This document shows, one piece after another, positions 9,761 through 21,290 of a stretch of 64,000 bases of DNA. The stretch comes from Candidatus Sericytochromatia bacterium (GTDB taxonomy: Bacteria; Cyanobacteriota; Sericytochromatia; S15B-MN24; JAQBPE01), in NCBI GenBank assembly GCA_040400605.1, contig JBBAPZ010000004.1, positions 112,821 to 176,820 on the forward strand. The letters are read 5' to 3'. A program made the position numbers and the translations under genes. The notes beneath the pieces are model-generated. The model worked only from the letters and a program-made list of their open reading frames with translations. It searched no databases and had not been told where the DNA came from. Each line of letters begins with the position of its first letter. Within the stretch, counting starts at the first letter, position 1.

Positions 9761-9925
9761 TTTCAATGCCATGCGGCGACAGCAATGTCCCAAGCTGACC
9801 GCAAAATGTTACCTTTAAGCTCAGGGCACCGCGCCGAACGCATTCGAAATCGTTTAACCGCCTGCCACGTTCGATTGGGGGATTGATATCCCAAGCGAAG
9901 ACTGGGACACAACGTACAGTGAAGG

Positions 9926-11641
9926 GTGGGCTTGACGGTGGACGCGCAGAGTTTTGATGATTGGACGCTGGCTGAGGGGTTAAAGGAGGCTTTGCGTCGG
10001 GAGGGGTATCATACGGCGACGCCGGTCCAGGCGGCGGCATGGCCTTTAGTGATGGCGGGTCGGGATTTGTTGGTGCAATCACGCACGGGAACTGGCAAAA
10101 CCTTGGCTTTTGGTTTGCCCGTACTGGAACGCGTGCTCCGCGAGTCTCGGTCTGCGCAGACACTGATTGTTTTACCGACACGCGAACTGGCGCTTCAGGT
10201 TGGTGGTGTCCTGCAACGTCTTGGACGGGCCCATGGCATTCGGGTGGCAGTCGTGTATGGCGGTGGGTCTTACCGTGAACAAATTGACGCATTGAACGGG
10301 GGCGCTCAAGTTGTTGTTGGTACGCCAGGGCGGTTATGTGATCTTCAGTCGCGGGGCGTATTGTCGCTGGGACAATGCCAGATTTTGGTTTTGGATGAGG
10401 CGGACGAAATTTTGGATATGGGTTTTGCCGAGGAGTTGGAGCAACTGTTAAATGCATTGCCGACGTCACGACAAACGCTGTTGTTTTCAGCGACTTTGGC
10501 TCCGGAAATCAAGGCACTTGCGCAAAAATCATTAAAGGATCCCGAAGTGATTGAAATCAGTTCGGGGCTTTCAGTGGCGCCCGCGATCGAACATTTGGCT
10601 TACGAAGTATTTCCGGAAACACGTGTTGACGCCTTGGTCAATGTCTTACACTTGACGCAACCGGACTTAGCGATCATCTTTTGCCACACCAAGGAGGAAA
10701 CTGAAAAAATCTGTGACCGGCTTGATGGTGAAGGGTTCCGCAGCGCGTTTCTTAACGGGGATTTGCCCCAAGCTGCGAGAACTCGCACGCTCAACGCATT
10801 TCGACGCAGGCAAATTCAATTGCTGGTGGCAACGGACGTTGCGGCGCGTGGTATTGATGTCAAAGGGATCACTCATGTGTTCAATCTCGGTGTTCCCCGT
10901 CAAGCGGAAGCATACGTTCATCGTGTAGGACGTACGGGACGTGCCGGTGCATCCGGCCAAGCCATCACGTTCGTTCCGCCGCGAGATTTCAGGCGTTTCG
11001 AACGAATGCTGGAAAACGCTGGTCTCAGTCTCAATTTCCGCCAAGTGCCCCAGTCAGGCGACGTTCGTCAACGTTTGCGAGAACGCTACCACGAGACCGT
11101 TACCACCCAGATTCAAGGTGTCGATGACGCTGTCGAAGCGGTTGGGTTACGTGAATTGGCGCAAGAACTGTTGCAATACATACCGGCATTGGATCTCACG
11201 GTCGCATTGATGCAACGCGACCCCGCCATACGGGCGTTGTTGAGTGCCGGCCTCGATTTTCAAGTGCCTCAAAAAACCGTTCAAAAAGTCAGGGCTGCGA
11301 AATCACGCAAGGAAGCCCCTGACGTGACTGAACGGGCACACGTTAACGCCAAGACTGCGTCACATCAAGCGCGGCCACATCGCAAAAATGATCTGGCGAC
11401 TGGTGACGGCACTCGGATCCGTATATTTACTGATACCAAAACCAAGCTTTTGCCCGGGCGTGTCGTGCAGTTGGTCTGTCGCAGTGCAGGCGTGAAGCGC
11501 GAGATGATTGGTTCGATCAAAGTATTGTCTGACGGCGCGGTTTTTGATTACCTTGGAAGTGATGCGACAAGGGTCTTGGCAAGCTTGAATCAATGCGCCA
11601 TAAAAGGTCAACCCCTGCGTGCCGCACTCGCGAAGCGTTGA
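9926..11641 (+). CDS. deaD: DEAD-box RNA helicase (DeaD/CshA-like) with C-terminal DbpA-like domain
   Basis: TPVQ, TGTGKT, PTRELA, DEAD, SAT and HRVGRTGR. Confidence 0.9.
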   Translation: MGLTVDAQSFDDWTLAEGLKEALRREGYHTATPVQAAAWPLVMAGRDLLVQSRTGTGKTLAFGLPVLERVLRESRSAQTLIVLPTRELALQVGGVLQRLGRAHGIRVAVVYGGGSYREQIDALNGGAQVVVGTPGRLCDLQSRGVLSLGQCQILVLDEADEILDMGFAEELEQLLNALPTSRQTLLFSATLAPEIKALAQKSLKDPEVIEISSGLSVAPAIEHLAYEVFPETRVDALVNVLHLTQPDLAIIFCHTKEETEKICDRLDGEGFRSAFLNGDLPQAARTRTLNAFRRRQIQLLVATDVAARGIDVKGITHVFNLGVPRQAEAYVHRVGRTGRAGASGQAITFVPPRDFRRFERMLENAGLSLNFRQVPQSGDVRQRLRERYHETVTTQIQGVDDAVEAVGLRELAQELLQYIPALDLTVALMQRDPAIRALLSAGLDFQVPQKTVQKVRAAKSRKEAPDVTERAHVNAKTASHQARPHRKNDLATGDGTRIRIFTDTKTKLLPGRVVQLVCRSAGVKREMIGSIKVLSDGAVFDYLGSDATRVLASLNQCAIKGQPLRAALAKR

Positions 11642-11768
11642 ATCAATAGTCGGCATTCGAACCGGTACTTGCTGAAAGTGTGTGAACCGGGTATAAAGCC
11701 CGTACTCAATCAGAATCGATCATCGGTGTGCGCCATACGGCGCCACCCCATGTGGAGGGAGGCTTTGG

Positions 11769-12404
11769 GTGCAAAATTTGACAAGAGCGGGATTGATTCC
11801 CACAGTTATCGAATCGACAAGTCGTGGAGAGCGCGGCTGGGATATTTTTTCACGCCTCCTGAAGGAGCGCATCATTTTTCTCGGCACGCCAGTCAATGAC
11901 ACGGTCGCATCATTGATTATCGCGCAATTGCTGTTTCTGGAATCTGAAGACCCATCCAAAGACATCATGCTTTATATCAACAGTCCGGGCGGCGTCGTTA
12001 CAGCAGGGATGGCGATTTACGACACCATGCAGTACATCAAACCCGATGTATCAACCATCGTTCTCGGACAGGCCGCGTCCATGGGCGCATTCTTGCTAGC
12101 AGCGGGTGCACCCGGCAAGCGTATTGCGCTGCCAAACGCTCGTATTATGATTCACCAACCCCTGGGTGGTGCGCAGGGCCAAGCGACAGACATCGAAATC
12201 CAGGCCGCTGAGATTCTTCGGATCAAACGCCGTCTCAATGATTTGCTCAGTATTCACACAGGTCAACCGGTGGAGAAAATCACCCGCGATACCGAGCGTG
12301 ACAACTTTATGGGACCCCAGGAAGCCAAGGCTTACGGTTTGGTCGATCAGGTGCTGTCACCCCGCATTGGCCAAGACCAGATTCAAATGCCCTCTTTGGG
12401 GTAA
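11769..12404 (+). CDS. clpP: ATP-dependent Clp protease proteolytic subunit
   Basis: [22 protein letters not shown] and ERDNF. Confidence 0.96.
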   Translation: MQNLTRAGLIPTVIESTSRGERGWDIFSRLLKERIIFLGTPVNDTVASLIIAQLLFLESEDPSKDIMLYINSPGGVVTAGMAIYDTMQYIKPDVSTIVLGQAASMGAFLLAAGAPGKRIALPNARIMIHQPLGGAQGQATDIEIQAAEILRIKRRLNDLLSIHTGQPVEKITRDTERDNFMGPQEAKAYGLVDQVLSPRIGQDQIQMPSLG

Positions 12405-12449
12405 CCCGAGCCACCGCACTTCCCGTCGGTCTCAGCCAAATTAATAGGT

Positions 12450-12482
12450 TCAAGCGGGTCCTTCACGAGTTGGCCCGCTTGA
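12450..12482. terminator. Stem-loop between convergent clpP and iscA
   Basis: TCAAGCGGG...CCCGCTTGA. Confidence 0.6.
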
Positions 12483-12490
12483 TTTCGTTG

Positions 12491-12844
12491 TCAGGTACTG
12501 AAACTTTCACCACACCCGCAACTGGTTTTGGCATTTGGATTGTTAAATTTGAAGCCGGCGTTCATCAGGTCATCGCTGTAATCAAGTACCATTCCAGCCA
12601 GATACAATGAGCTTTTCAGATCCACCACGCCCTTGAGTCCAGAACCGAATTCAAGTACACGATCCGTCGGGCTTGGTGCTTCCGTGGTATCCAGCTTGTA
12701 GGACATTCCCGAACATCCCCCGCCCGCCACGGACACGCGTAAATAATGTTCCGGCGTGCCTTTACGCGAAAGCAGGATTTTGACGTGCCGTACGGCGGAT
12801 TCCGTCAACGTGATGAGTGGCTTTGTATTGACTTCAGTTGTCAT
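12491..12844 (-). CDS. iscA: A-type Fe-S carrier (IscA/SufA/HesB)
   Basis: GGCSGMSY and NPNAKTSCGCGESF. Confidence 0.92.
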   Translation of the reverse strand: MTTEVNTKPLITLTESAVRHVKILLSRKGTPEHYLRVSVAGGGCSGMSYKLDTTEAPSPTDRVLEFGSGLKGVVDLKSSLYLAGMVLDYSDDLMNAGFKFNNPNAKTSCGCGESFST

Positions 12845-12875
12845 GACGGCACCTTCCTTTCAACTTCCTAAGACT

Positions 12876-13337
12876 TTAACAGTGACCCGCAACGGATGAA
12901 GTCGCGGTTTCCTCCCCGCGAGGCTCCACATTAAATGATTCTTTAATCACCAAACTGGCGAGGGTTACGCTGTCCAACGCGGACAGGAAATTTTGCTGTG
13001 CCATCTGAAAAGCACTTTTCAGGGCGCATCCGCTTCTGAAACAGGCATAAGGTTCATTGCTGGTGCAAACATTCACGGCCACCTCGCCCTCCATTGCCTC
13101 AATAATTTGCCGTAGGGTGATTGATTCGGGCGATCGCGCGAGCTCGATCCCACCGGTCGGCCCCCGTCGAGCAACCAACAAACCGGCCCGAGCCAACTGG
13201 TTAATGACTTTTGCCAAAAACGATGGGGGGATATGCTGGTCCCGCGCAATATCTGCAGTGTAATGAACGCCGCCCGGCCCGCGCTTGGCCAAATACAACA
13301 TCGCCAAACTTGCGTATTCCGTAGCCCGTGTGATCAT
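12876..13337 (-). CDS. Rrf2-family regulator with 3 C-terminal Cys (IscR-like)
   Basis: TEYA, RGPTGG, ITLRQII and C-x7-C-x4-C; divergent from the suf operon. Confidence 0.9.
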   Translation of the reverse strand: MITRATEYASLAMLYLAKRGPGGVHYTADIARDQHIPPSFLAKVINQLARAGLLVARRGPTGGIELARSPESITLRQIIEAMEGEVAVNVCTSNEPYACFRSGCALKSAFQMAQQNFLSALDSVTLASLVIKESFNVEPRGEETATSSVAGHC

Positions 13338-13452
13338 CGCGGCGCATTCCCTTTTCTACCCGTCACCTGGACCCAGTATAAACGCTGAATGCAGCCTCGT
13401 CTACGGGTTAAATCTTGCTTGAGACACCTCAGATCGGCCAGGCGCCCCAAGT

Positions 13453-13506
13453 GGACAAAAATTGTCCCCTTATAACTTGACTGAATTTGTCAGGTTTGGA
13501 TACACT
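13453..13506 (+). promoter_or_regulatory. Two GAC-N7-GTC palindromes (IscR type-1-like) overlapping a sigma70-like suf promoter
   Basis: GGACAAAAATTGTCC (13453-67) and AACTTGACTGAATTTGTCAGGTT (13474-96); TTGACT-N18-TACACT. Confidence 0.7.
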
Positions 13507-13574
13507 GGTTGGGGTGGTGTTTTATTCACGAAATCCTGACGCAATTCGGTTAATTAAATTACGAGAGGTGTATT

Positions 13575-15011
13575 GTGAGTTCCTTGCTGCAGAAGGTCGT
13601 CAATCAACCCTATCAGCACGGCTTCGTGACTGAGATAGAAAGCGATTCGATTCCCAAGGGGTTGGGTGAGGATGTTGTTCGCCTGATTTCGGCTAAAAAG
13701 GGCGAGCCGGAGTGGCTTTTGGAGTTTCGATTAAAGGCTTACAGCCAGTGGTGTGCGATGACGCCGCCTGATTGGGCACTGGTTTCGCACGCACCCATCG
13801 ACTACCAGGACATCGTGTATTATTCCGCACCCAAGCAGAAGAAGAAGTTGAACAGTTTGGATGAGGTAGACCCGGAACTTTTGCGGACTTTCGAGAAACT
13901 GGGGATTCCGCTTTCAGAGCAAAAACAGTTGGCCAACGTTGCGGTGGATGTTGTATTCGATAGCGTGTCGGTCACAACGACATTTAAGGAGAAGTTACGC
14001 GAGGCCGGTGTCATTTTCTGTTCTTTTTCTGAGGCTGTGCAAGAGCATCCGCAGTTGGTCAAGCAATATCTCGGCAAAGTTGTGCCTGCGTCGGACAATT
14101 ATTACGCGGCGTTGAATTCCGCGGTATTCACCGATGGTTCTTTCGTGTTCATTCCGGCGGGGGTAACGTGCCCGATGGAGTTGTCAACTTACTTCAGAAT
14201 CAATAATGAGGAGTCTGGGCAGTTTGAACGCACGTTGATCGTCGCCGAATCGGGCAGTTACGTGAGCTATCTGGAAGGTTGCACGGCCCCGAAGTTTGAT
14301 ACAAACCAACTGCATGCGGCGGTGGTTGAGCTCGTGGCATTGGATCACGCAGAGATCAAGTATTCAACGGTTCAAAACTGGTATGCCGGGGATGAATCCG
14401 GCGTGGGGGGCATTTATAATTTTGTGACCAAGCGGGGGTTGTGCCAAGGAGTTGGCTCCAAGATTTCGTGGACCCAGGTTGAGACGGGGTCAGCGATCAC
14501 CTGGAAATACCCGAGCTGCGTATTATTGGGTGATGATTCCGTTGGTGAGTTTTACTCGGTGGCATTGACGAATCATTATCAACAGGCAGACACGGGTACG
14601 AAGATGATTCACGTGGGGAAAAACACGCGCAGCACCATCATCAGCAAGGGTATTTCGGCTGGGCGGTCCGCCAATACTTACCGCGGTCTTGTGAAGGTTG
14701 GTCCACACGCTTTGGGTGCCCGAAACTATTCGCAATGTGATTCGATGCTGATTGGCTCGCATTGCTCGGCGAATACCGTGCCATATCTTCAGGTGCATCA
14801 CGATACGGCGCAGGTTGAGCATGAGGCCACGACCTCCAAGATAGGCGAGGACCAAATGTTTTATTTCGCCAGTCGAGGCATCGGCGCAGAGGATGCGATC
14901 TCAATGATGATAAATGGTTTCTGCAAGGATGTTTTTACACAATTGCCCATGGAATTCGCCGTGGAAGCGTCAAAGTTGTTGGGGCTCAAGTTAGAGAACA
15001 GTGTGGGTTAA
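13575..15011 (+). CDS. sufB: Fe-S assembly scaffold SufB
   Basis: YFRIN, GQFERT, EGCTAP, TWKYPS and QADTG. Confidence 0.97.
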   Translation: MSSLLQKVVNQPYQHGFVTEIESDSIPKGLGEDVVRLISAKKGEPEWLLEFRLKAYSQWCAMTPPDWALVSHAPIDYQDIVYYSAPKQKKKLNSLDEVDPELLRTFEKLGIPLSEQKQLANVAVDVVFDSVSVTTTFKEKLREAGVIFCSFSEAVQEHPQLVKQYLGKVVPASDNYYAALNSAVFTDGSFVFIPAGVTCPMELSTYFRINNEESGQFERTLIVAESGSYVSYLEGCTAPKFDTNQLHAAVVELVALDHAEIKYSTVQNWYAGDESGVGGIYNFVTKRGLCQGVGSKISWTQVETGSAITWKYPSCVLLGDDSVGEFYSVALTNHYQQADTGTKMIHVGKNTRSTIISKGISAGRSANTYRGLVKVGPHALGARNYSQCDSMLIGSHCSANTVPYLQVHHDTAQVEHEATTSKIGEDQMFYFASRGIGAEDAISMMINGFCKDVFTQLPMEFAVEASKLLGLKLENSVG

Positions 15012-15016
15012 CTTAG

Positions 15017-15793
15017 ATGACACAAGCAACGATACTGGAAGTAACGGATCTGCATGCCAAGGTTGTTGACGTTCCAATTCTTAAGGGTTTGAACTTGACC
15101 GTCCGGTCGGGTGAAGTTCACGTCATCATGGGACCGAATGGTTCTGGTAAAAGTACCTTTTCAAAAATTTTGGCAGGTCATCCCGCCTATGAGGTGACTT
15201 CTGGCACCGTAACTTATCGGGGAGTGGATTTATTAGGGCTTGCTGCCGATGAACGTGCTCGGGCGGGAGTTTTTCTTGCGTTCCAGTACCCGGTTGAGAT
15301 TCCCGGGGTGAGTAATGCGGCATTTTTGAGGCAAGCCTACAACGCGATGGCTCAAGAACGTGGGTGGGATGAGTTGGATCCGATTGAGTTTGATGACTTT
15401 ATTCAGGAAAAATTGCGTCTTGTGGACATGGACCCGGCATTTTTGGACCGGAGCGTCAACGCAGGGTTTTCGGGTGGGGAAAAGAAGCGCAACGAGATTG
15501 TTCAGATGGCGGTATTGCAACCGACGCTCGCACTTCTTGACGAGACGGATTCGGGTTTGGATATTGACGCGTTGAAGGTGGTGGCGGATGGCGTCAACCA
15601 ATTGTCGAATCCGCAACAGGGAACGATTTTGATTACCCATTATCAGCGGTTGCTGAATTATATCAAGCCTGATTTTGTTCACGTGATGGCAGGCGGACGC
15701 ATTTTGAAAACAGGTGATGCCGCATTGGCATTGGAGCTTGAAGAGCGGGGCTATGACTGGGTGAAAGACGAACTCGCAGGGGTTGCGTCATGA
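15017..15793 (+). CDS. sufC: Fe-S assembly ATPase SufC
   Basis: [18 protein letters not shown] and DETDSGLD. Confidence 0.97.
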   Translation: MTQATILEVTDLHAKVVDVPILKGLNLTVRSGEVHVIMGPNGSGKSTFSKILAGHPAYEVTSGTVTYRGVDLLGLAADERARAGVFLAFQYPVEIPGVSNAAFLRQAYNAMAQERGWDELDPIEFDDFIQEKLRLVDMDPAFLDRSVNAGFSGGEKKRNEIVQMAVLQPTLALLDETDSGLDIDALKVVADGVNQLSNPQQGTILITHYQRLLNYIKPDFVHVMAGGRILKTGDAALALELEERGYDWVKDELAGVAS

Positions 15794-17112
15794 GTGTCGT
15801 CGCTGTCTCCGATAAGGCAGAAGCTTGGTATTCGCGCTTGATGGACCAACTTGCCCGGCATGCTGTGGCGGGTTATCGGGCCGACGAGAGCGTTCGAGCG
15901 AGGGCTGCCTTGACTGCAGCGGTGTTGCCCGGGCAGCGTGACGAATCGTGGCGTTTTACTCCGTTGTCGCCTCTCTGGTCGATTGCGCCGGTGGTTGGGG
16001 GCGTTGCTCAAGAAGTTTTGCTCGCTCGGATCAGTCGCTACCTAGTTCCAGAGGCGGCCGGCAGATGCCTGGTTTTCGTGGATGGGGTGTTTCAGAGCGG
16101 CTTATCCGACCTTAGCGCGGTGGATGACGGCGTACGCTTTGCACCACTGAGTCAGGTCAGCGATGGTGAGTGGCGCTCGGAAGAAGGGGCGCTGTTTGCT
16201 GAAACGAACGAATTTTTCAGCCTCGTGAACCTGGCGTTGGAGCATGATGGCGCCTGTTTGCGCGTGCCCCGTGCCTGTCATGTTGGGGGAATCTATCAGA
16301 TTCTCTACGTTCAGACAGGGTTGAGCAAGGGGCTTTTGAGCGCGCCTCGAACGGTGATCGATGCTGGGAGCCAGTCGATGGTAGAGGTTGTGCAGTCTTT
16401 TGTGTCGCTGGATGAGGGAGAATACATACACAATGAGCTGACCGAGTGCTATGTGGCCCCAGGTGCTCGGCTAAGCCATACGCGCGTGCAGAGTGACTCG
16501 CGGCGAGCCGTTCATGTCGGCACTTGTGCAGTCGGTGTCGGACGTGATGGGCGTTATGATTTGGTGTCGATTACCTTGGGTGGTGCACTGAGTCGTTTTG
16601 TTCCCCATGTTTTGCAAAAGGGTACAGGTGTTGCAGTGAGTTTGAACGGGTTAGCCTTGCTCGGAGGAACCCAGATTGCTGACACGCACTCGGTGGTGGA
16701 TCACGCATTACCGCACGGTCACAGTATGCAGTTGCAAAAATCTATTGTCGCGGAGCGCGCCAAGGTGGTGTTTAACGGCAAGGTGATTGTACGGCCGGGT
16801 GCCCAGTTGACGGACTCTTCGCAGTCCAGTCGCAGTCTGCTGTTATCGCCCAAGGCGGCTGTCGATACCAAGCCGGAGCTGGAAATCTACGCGGATGATG
16901 TAAAGTGTTCGCATGGCGCAGCGATTGGTCAACTGGAGGAGGAGTCACTATTTTATCTGGCAAGTCGCGGCATACCCGAGCCTGCCGCCCGGGATCTATT
17001 AACGTACGCGTTCGCAGCGGAGGTGCTCGAGTCAGTTGCGGTGGGTAGTCTGCGCGAGCGTCTGCGGGATCTGATCCTGCGCCAGACTGATCGCACGAGG
17101 CAGACGCCGTGA
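15790..17112 (+). CDS. sufD: Fe-S assembly protein SufD
   Basis: [22 protein letters not shown] and FYLASRGI. Confidence 0.95.
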   Translation: MSVVAVSDKAEAWYSRLMDQLARHAVAGYRADESVRARAALTAAVLPGQRDESWRFTPLSPLWSIAPVVGGVAQEVLLARISRYLVPEAAGRCLVFVDGVFQSGLSDLSAVDDGVRFAPLSQVSDGEWRSEEGALFAETNEFFSLVNLALEHDGACLRVPRACHVGGIYQILYVQTGLSKGLLSAPRTVIDAGSQSMVEVVQSFVSLDEGEYIHNELTECYVAPGARLSHTRVQSDSRRAVHVGTCAVGVGRDGRYDLVSITLGGALSRFVPHVLQKGTGVAVSLNGLALLGGTQIADTHSVVDHALPHGHSMQLQKSIVAERAKVVFNGKVIVRPGAQLTDSSQSSRSLLLSPKAAVDTKPELEIYADDVKCSHGAAIGQLEEESLFYLASRGIPEPAARDLLTYAFAAEVLESVAVGSLRERLRDLILRQTDRTRQTP

Positions 17113-18353
17113 ACGATGTCCTTTTTCCAGCACCGGACTTTGATTTGGCGGCCGTACGAGCTGACTTTCCGGTTTTAAGCCAGTCGGTCCACGGCAAGCC
17201 GCTGTGTTACCTCGACAATGCGGCCAGTGCGCAAACGCCGCGTACGGTGATTGAGCGTTGGATGACCTATCAGTCGACGATGCACGCCAACGTCCATCGT
17301 GGTGTTCATACGCTCAGTCAGCGTGCCACGGAAGCGTTTGAGTCAGCGCGCGAAACGGTGAGGGGTTTCATCAATGCCAGGCACGCTCATGAGGTCATTT
17401 GGACGCGTGGCGCGACAGAAGCGGTTAATTTGGTGATGCATGGTTATGGACGGACATTCATGCAGGCGGGTGATGAAATTGTCGTTTCGACCCTTGAGCA
17501 TCATGCCAACATCGTGCCGTGGCAGATGTTGTGCGAGGAGCGCGGTTGCGTTCTGCGAGTCGTCCCGATTAGCGATTCCGGCGTTTTGGACTGGGATGCC
17601 TATTGTGCTTTGATTGGTCCTAAGACGCGGATGGTCGCGATGACGCACGTGTCCAACGCGCTTGGCACGGTGGTGCCGATTAAAGCCGTCATTGATGCCG
17701 CTCATGGCGTCGGCGCGCTGGTTTTGGTGGATGGCGCCCAAGCGGCGCCGCACTTGGGGGTGGACGTTCAGGCGCTGGATTGCGATTTTTATGTCTTTAG
17801 CGGCCACAAACTGTGTGGACCGACTGGCATTGGCGTTCTCTATGGAAAGTCTGAGTTGCTTGAACGCATGCGGCCCTACCAGGGGGGTGGGGACATGATT
17901 GCACAGGTGACTTTTGACAAGACAACCTATAATCGTCTTCCGTACAAGTTTGAGGCCGGGACACCGGCCATTGCCAATGCCATCGCGCTGGCGTCTGCAA
18001 TTGAGTATGTCGGTGCGATTGGTCTTTCGCGTATCGCGGCTTGGGAGCAAGCGCTCTTGGATTATGCGACGCGGTTGTTGTCAAGCGAAGCGGGGGTTCG
18101 CATTCTTGGTACGGCACCGGACAAGATTGGCGTGGTCTCGTTTGCGCTGGAGGGTGTGCATCCGCATGACATCGGGTCGATCCTGGATGGGGAAGGTATT
18201 GCCATTCGTGCGGGTCATCATTGTGCCCAGCCTTTGATGCAACGACTTGGTGTGCCGGCCACGGCGCGCGCGTCTTTCGCCTTTTACAATACCTTGGATG
18301 AGGTTGAACGCCTCGTGGCAGGTGTTCGTTTGGTCAAGGAGATTTTTGGCTGA
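17109..18353 (+). CDS. sufS: Cysteine desulfurase SufS
   Basis: YLDNAAS, EHHAN, SGHK and RAGHHCA. Confidence 0.96.
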   Translation: MNDVLFPAPDFDLAAVRADFPVLSQSVHGKPLCYLDNAASAQTPRTVIERWMTYQSTMHANVHRGVHTLSQRATEAFESARETVRGFINARHAHEVIWTRGATEAVNLVMHGYGRTFMQAGDEIVVSTLEHHANIVPWQMLCEERGCVLRVVPISDSGVLDWDAYCALIGPKTRMVAMTHVSNALGTVVPIKAVIDAAHGVGALVLVDGAQAAPHLGVDVQALDCDFYVFSGHKLCGPTGIGVLYGKSELLERMRPYQGGGDMIAQVTFDKTTYNRLPYKFEAGTPAIANAIALASAIEYVGAIGLSRIAAWEQALLDYATRLLSSEAGVRILGTAPDKIGVVSFALEGVHPHDIGSILDGEGIAIRAGHHCAQPLMQRLGVPATARASFAFYNTLDEVERLVAGVRLVKEIFG

Positions 18354-18853
18354 TGGATCCGCGTAACGCCTTGTATAATCAGTTGATACTTGACCACAAC
18401 AAAAAGCCCCGTAATTTTGGAAAGCTGCCGGACGCGACTCACGAGGCCGAAGGTTTGAATCCTTTATGTGGTGATCACCTGCAACTCGGCTTGAGGATTG
18501 ATGGTGATCGTGTCGAGGCAATTGGCTTTCAGGGCACGAGTTGCGCGATTTGCCAAGCATCGGCATCAGTCATGACGACCCAAGTCAAGCACAAGTCGGT
18601 GGCTGATGCCCGGCAGTTAATCAGTGACTTTCGTGCGGTCATCACCGGTGACACAGGCGCCGTTAGCATCGCGAATCAAGGCAACCGTTACTTTGGTGCG
18701 TTTGCAGGTATTTCAAACCTGCCATCACGTGTGAAATGCGCGGTATTGCCTTGGCATACACTGCAATCCGCGCTTGGTGGCGCCAAAACGGCAACAACGG
18801 AAGGTGACGCCGATCCCGCTGCATTCAAGGAAACCAGCCATGCCGAAAATTGA
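18353..18853 (+). CDS. sufU: SufU sulfur-transfer protein
   Basis: NPLCGD, CAICQAS and RVKCAVLPW. Confidence 0.92.
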   Translation: MDPRNALYNQLILDHNKKPRNFGKLPDATHEAEGLNPLCGDHLQLGLRIDGDRVEAIGFQGTSCAICQASASVMTTQVKHKSVADARQLISDFRAVITGDTGAVSIANQGNRYFGAFAGISNLPSRVKCAVLPWHTLQSALGGAKTATTEGDADPAAFKETSHAEN

Positions 18854-19397
18854 TGACATTGAATTTACACCCAACCCGAATGCCAAGCGATTCATTTTGA
18901 AAGAGCCACTCACCCTTGGTGTCGTACGTTCTTATGACGAGCCCGCGCAAGCCAGCGATGATCCGTTGGCTTCGGCTTTGTTTACTAATCCTGCTGTGCG
19001 CAGTGTTTATTATGTCGGGAAATACCTGACGGTTACGCAAGATGGTAGTGTCAAGTGGCCGGAGTTGGAACGCGAGTTGGCGGTTCCGATTCGCGCGACA
19101 AGTGCGGCCGATGTTCAGGCGATGCATCGTGTTGCTGAAGCCAGCAAAATAAGTCATTTGTCTGATGACGATCAGGCGCGTTTAAGGATCATTGAAGCAT
19201 TGCTTGATGACAAGGTGCGTCCCGCGTTGATGATGGATGGTGGGGGCCTCGAAGTAGTGAGCCTGGCGGGCAATCGGCTGGAGATTCATTATCAGGGCGC
19301 TTGTGGCACGTGCCCTAGTTCGCTGTCGGGGACGCTTGGGGGTATTGAGGGCTTGCTGAAGACGATTGAGCCTGATATCCAACTGGTTGCTGTGTGA
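18840..19397 (+). CDS. Nfu/NifU-like Fe-S carrier
   Basis: TPNPN N-terminal domain, VRPALMMDGG and GACGTC. Confidence 0.9.
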   Translation: MPKIDDIEFTPNPNAKRFILKEPLTLGVVRSYDEPAQASDDPLASALFTNPAVRSVYYVGKYLTVTQDGSVKWPELERELAVPIRATSAADVQAMHRVAEASKISHLSDDDQARLRIIEALLDDKVRPALMMDGGGLEVVSLAGNRLEIHYQGACGTCPSSLSGTLGGIEGLLKTIEPDIQLVAV

Positions 19398-19421
19398 CGC
19401 TTTTTTCAGGAGATACGGTTC

Positions 19422-20843
19422 GTGGGTGATCGCTTTGACCTGGTTGTGATTGGCGATGAGACGGAAGCGTGTCTGGGGGCGGTTGCTGCCGCCCGTGCCG
19501 GTGCCCGTGTTTGTTTGCTGGCGCCGCCTGATACACTGCTTGGTGGTCTCTTGACTGAAGATGGACTTGCCTTTGTCGACCGCGACAGCCGTCATTTGAC
19601 CCGGCCGACGCAAAGTCCCCACGACGGTATTTTTGCGGAGTTTCTTCAGCGTGCGAATGTGTCATTGGTCGCGTTGGAACCCGCTGTTGGTCACGCCACG
19701 CTTGCCCTCATGCTAGCTGAAGCGTCAGTGACGGTGGTTTTCGCGTCCCAATGGCAACCCGTGATTCAAGAAGGCGTTGTCAGCGCCGTTCGTTTGTCAC
19801 CCGATGTGAGTCTGGAAGCCAGATTTTTTTTGGATTGCACACCGGATGGAGATTTCGCCGAGGCTTGCGGCGTGCGCTTCGCCCAGGGTTTTGGAGAGTA
19901 TGGGATCGGTCGTTATCTGGGTGTCAGTCCGTTGCCCGTGGTTGAGGGTGTCACACCCGTTTGCATACAAGAAACGTGTGAACGTTTGGCGCGTGATCCG
20001 GGGTTGGTTGGGCTCAAAGAACGCCTTTTTGGCGATCGCCCCTTCTTGCCCTTTGACGCAGCGGAAGATTACGTAGTGGTTGGACCGCCCTATTTGGGCC
20101 TGGCTTTTGCGCGTTGGCGCGAAGCGCAAGGCTCAAAATGTCGCCATGTATTCGAAGCAGATGGTTTTAATGTGGCGGTACTGGGAGAAAGTCGCACCTC
20201 GTGGAATGGACTTGTTTACTTTTGTGATGATCAGGAACATTTGTTGACGTTATCACGCAACGGTTGTGATGATGTTTTCTCACGGGAAGCGATACTCTTT
20301 GAGCGCTTCCTTGTTGAAAGCCTTGGGTGGGCTGATGCGCGGGTGACGATGCCGCGCGGCGTGTATGTCCGTCAAACACGACATGCGTTGGATGTGCGTC
20401 ACCGATTGGGCTTGGTGGAACTGGCCAACGGGTACTCAAGGCATTCGATTGGAACCTTTTCTTATTATCCGGATTTCAGAGGCTTCCGCACGGTGCGCGT
20501 TCCCGGGGCGTTGCACGCGCACGTCATTTTGGATGCCGGCATCTGTTCCACGATTCCCAATCTGGCGATCGCCTCCCGTGCCGCGGGGTACACGCCCTTT
20601 GCTCATTCCTTGTGCCGTTTGGTTCAGTACAATGTCACCCTCGCAGCGGCACTCGGCGTCAGTGTGACGATTGCGGAGCGAACCTTTGCGGAGGTTGATA
20701 TCCCGACACTTCGTGAAGAATTGAAAAAAGTGGGGGCACTGGCTGACGACCTGACAGGAACTGGTTTGCAGCCAAAAATGGTAGAAGGCTTGCTGGCGGA
20801 TGCCGTGATTGCGCAAGAAGTGGCAACGAATCGCAACGCGTAA
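19422..20843 (+). CDS. FAD-dependent oxidoreductase, function unknown
   Basis: DLVVIGDETEA...AAARAG, LGGLLT, FLDCTPDGD and YVRQTRH. Confidence 0.75.
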   Translation: MGDRFDLVVIGDETEACLGAVAAARAGARVCLLAPPDTLLGGLLTEDGLAFVDRDSRHLTRPTQSPHDGIFAEFLQRANVSLVALEPAVGHATLALMLAEASVTVVFASQWQPVIQEGVVSAVRLSPDVSLEARFFLDCTPDGDFAEACGVRFAQGFGEYGIGRYLGVSPLPVVEGVTPVCIQETCERLARDPGLVGLKERLFGDRPFLPFDAAEDYVVVGPPYLGLAFARWREAQGSKCRHVFEADGFNVAVLGESRTSWNGLVYFCDDQEHLLTLSRNGCDDVFSREAILFERFLVESLGWADARVTMPRGVYVRQTRHALDVRHRLGLVELANGYSRHSIGTFSYYPDFRGFRTVRVPGALHAHVILDAGICSTIPNLAIASRAAGYTPFAHSLCRLVQYNVTLAAALGVSVTIAERTFAEVDIPTLREELKKVGALADDLTGTGLQPKMVEGLLADAVIAQEVATNRNA

Positions 20844-21004
20844 CCATCAACCGTGGCGATGGTGCTTGGCGTTCTGTAATCGTGGGTCCTCATTTTGACG
20901 CTTCTGGGTCGCCTGTCAGATAAGTCAATTGTCGATTAAATCGGTGTTGTAATCTTTCAAACCGATGCTTCCGAACTTGTTGCGAACACCTTTTTGTCTT
21001 GCAA

Positions 21005-21110
21005 GCATTCAGACCTTCGCTGCAAGACATTCTGGAGATTGGGTCACGGGCTTGTTGATGAAATACATTCGAAGTCGTGAAACAAAATGGCGTCGTTGCA
21101 GGCGAAGTAC
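21005..21110 (-). repeat. Dispersed intergenic repeat, module B
   Basis: Reverse complement shares ACTTCGCCTGCAA, GAATGT.TTT, TCCAG and TGAATGC in the same order as 46624-46728. Confidence 0.55.
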
Positions 21111-21290
21111 TTTCATACCATCAACACCACGGCGTTTTAATCGTTTGTTGACCGGAGCAGCATGTCGCACGTGTATTGGGCCGAGGGATGCCGACTGTCA
21201 ATGGTTTCAGTTTCCTCCGCGTTATATCAACCGGGATCTTTGGGGTATAGTGACAGCAGATTGGCGCCCGACTTACACTGGAGGGGATTG

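Noticed and set aside
9612..10469. 285-aa minus-strand ORF
   Set aside because: Antisense shadow of the helicase; Pro-rich with no recognisable motifs.
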